From: an uncultured bacterium
GTDB lineage: Bacteria; Hydrothermota; Tepidihabitantia; CAYHGV01
DNA length: 64,000 nt
Reading direction: 5' to 3'
NCBI GenBank assembly: GCA_964356135.1
Contig: CAYHGV010000001.1
Coordinates: 8,179-72,178, forward strand
A program made the translations under genes and the position numbers. Under the pieces are notes generated by a model that searched no databases, was not told the DNA's origin, and was given only the letters and a program-made list of their open reading frames with translations. Positions within the stretch are counted from its first letter, which is position 1. Every line of letters starts with the position of its first letter. Below, one piece after another: positions 62,996 through 64,000 of this stretch.

Positions 62996-64000
62996 ATGAA
63001 TAACCCAAATGATTTGCGTACATCGAAGAAACTCTTCCAAATGTCGGGCTGTTTGCTTCCATTGGTGCTGCTCATCATCGGAATTTTTTGCACCAAAGCC
63101 TACGGCATTGAAATGGAACGGGCTGCGGTCATGGAAATGGGATATGTCGGTGTTGGGACTGTCCCGTTTGAAAAAGAAGGGATAAAGGCAGTGCAGATAA
63201 TGACAATAAGACCAGGGAGTCCTGCCGAAAAAGCCCGGTTCCAGGTTGACGATATCGTCCTTGAAATCGATGGCCAGGGTATTGACAGCCCGGCTGCATT
63301 CACCGAATACATGAACCAGACCAAAGCCGGACAAAAATTGACCTTTACAATCCTGCGGGACGGCAAAAAGAAAAAAATCAGTGTCGTTCCATCCCGGCTG
63401 GCGCCCGTATCCCTGCGGGCTAAGCTAAGAAACCGACTCGGGGTTTCGCTGCGGGACCAAGCAGAAGCGGCACGTGCAAAAAAAGAATTCGACCGTGCGA
63501 TTGAATATTACCAGCAGTGGTTGGCTGCCGACCCCTTGGATAAGAACTCCTGGTATAACCTTGCCTGTGCCTATGCGCAAAAAGGAGAAACGGATAAAGC
63601 CCTTGAAGCATTCGAGAGTGCGGTCGATGCCGGCTGGGATGATGTCAGCCGGTTCCAACAAGACAGCAGCCTTGTTTTGATCCGGGTAGAAAAGAGGTTC
63701 AAAGCAGCTCTGGAGCAGGCTGCTGAAAACAAAGCTTTCGACGAACCCGAAGGATATACCCGGCACTTCATCCAGATGAACAGCCTGGGGACGTACATCG
63801 TTATGCTCCCGCCCGATTATGAAACATCCGAAAAAAAATATCCGCTGTGTTTAATTCTCCACGGGCACGGGTCAACTGAAACCAGTCATGGGAAACTGGC
63901 AGACGAATTGAACCGGGAGGGTGTTATTTATGTTGCGCCGCGCGATCCCTACCCGCACACCGAAGTCTTCATGGATATGCGACAACCGGGCTGGACCGCA
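62996..64000 (+). CDS. Partial CDS running off the window: signal-anchored PDZ-domain, TPR and alpha/beta-hydrolase (esterase/S9-like) protein.
   Basis: Open frame from the ATG at 62996 to the window end, translated by eye: signal/TM; PDZ-like (GIKAVQIMTIRPGSPAEKARFQVDDIVLEIDG); TPR-like (YYQQWLAADP...YNLACAYAQKGE); esterase (LCLILHGHGS). It is absent from the ORF track because no stop falls inside the window. Confidence 0.6.
   Translation, partial: MNNPNDLRTSKKLFQMSGCLLPLVLLIIGIFCTKAYGIEMERAAVMEMGYVGVGTVPFEKEGIKAVQIMTIRPGSPAEKARFQVDDIVLEIDGQGIDSPAAFTEYMNQTKAGQKLTFTILRDGKKKKISVVPSRLAPVSLRAKLRNRLGVSLRDQAEAARAKKEFDRAIEYYQQWLAADPLDKNSWYNLACAYAQKGETDKALEAFESAVDAGWDDVSRFQQDSSLVLIRVEKRFKAALEQAAENKAFDEPEGYTRHFIQMNSLGTYIVMLPPDYETSEKKYPLCLILHGHGSTETSHGKLADELNREGVIYVAPRDPYPHTEVFMDMRQPGWTA

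Overview
This 64-kb window looks like a metagenome-type contig from an anaerobic bacterium. Three genes carry type IX secretion C-terminal sorting domains, which points to the FCB superphylum, and promoters are sigma70-like (TTGACA-N16-17-TATAAT). No rRNA, tRNA or CRISPR array was found.

The layout, in order:
- 15-14773: one co-oriented supercluster for a group-4 (Hyc/Mbh/Ech-type) membrane-bound [NiFe] hydrogenase. It encodes a HydG-like FAD/2Fe-2S subunit; an FdhA-like molybdopterin subunit that lacks the canonical Sec/Cys ligand; HycB-, NuoH-, NuoB- and NuoC-like subunits; a large subunit with RxCGxC and DPCxxCxxR motifs; a complete Mrp antiporter module (MrpA, B, B', C, D, D', E, F, G); and a NuoI-like ferredoxin. 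The cluster has unusually long structured spacers between genes.
- 14.7-22.8 kb: an island of apparently accessory and defence genes. It holds an alpha/beta hydrolase, a small ORF plus a ComEC-type MBL-fold protein, an HNH nuclease, a protein with an Rx4H (HEPN-like) motif, a beta-class DNA methyltransferase fused to a degenerate SNase-like domain, and a candidate restriction nuclease. The left part is bracketed by a duplicated copy of the ferredoxin gene 3' end, and the same palindromic motif is repeated upstream of two sub-operons.
- 22.9-29.5 kb: lipoproteins, an HtrA protease, a metallophosphoesterase with a CBM9-like domain, and a radical SAM protein.
- 29.7-36.6 kb: a NuoE/NuoF/NuoG-like module (the NuoG-like subunit has a degenerate Mo domain) directly followed by NfnA/NfnB-like genes. 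This is a candidate flavin-based electron-bifurcating complex.
- 36.7-64 kb: housekeeping genes (rsmA, tatD, metG, aspS, a PHP phosphatase, cspA, rlpA). There are also paralogous T9SS cargo genes (one with LVIVD repeats), an IS481-like HTH remnant, VapBC, and a DUF4258/DUF2283 toxin-antitoxin pair whose toxin is interrupted by a C8/G8 homopolymer. An AT-rich insert carries a PD-(D/E)xK protein.

Two dispersed repeat families recur throughout: the palindrome TCCGCCA-N7-TGGCGGA and CACGAA-box elements.
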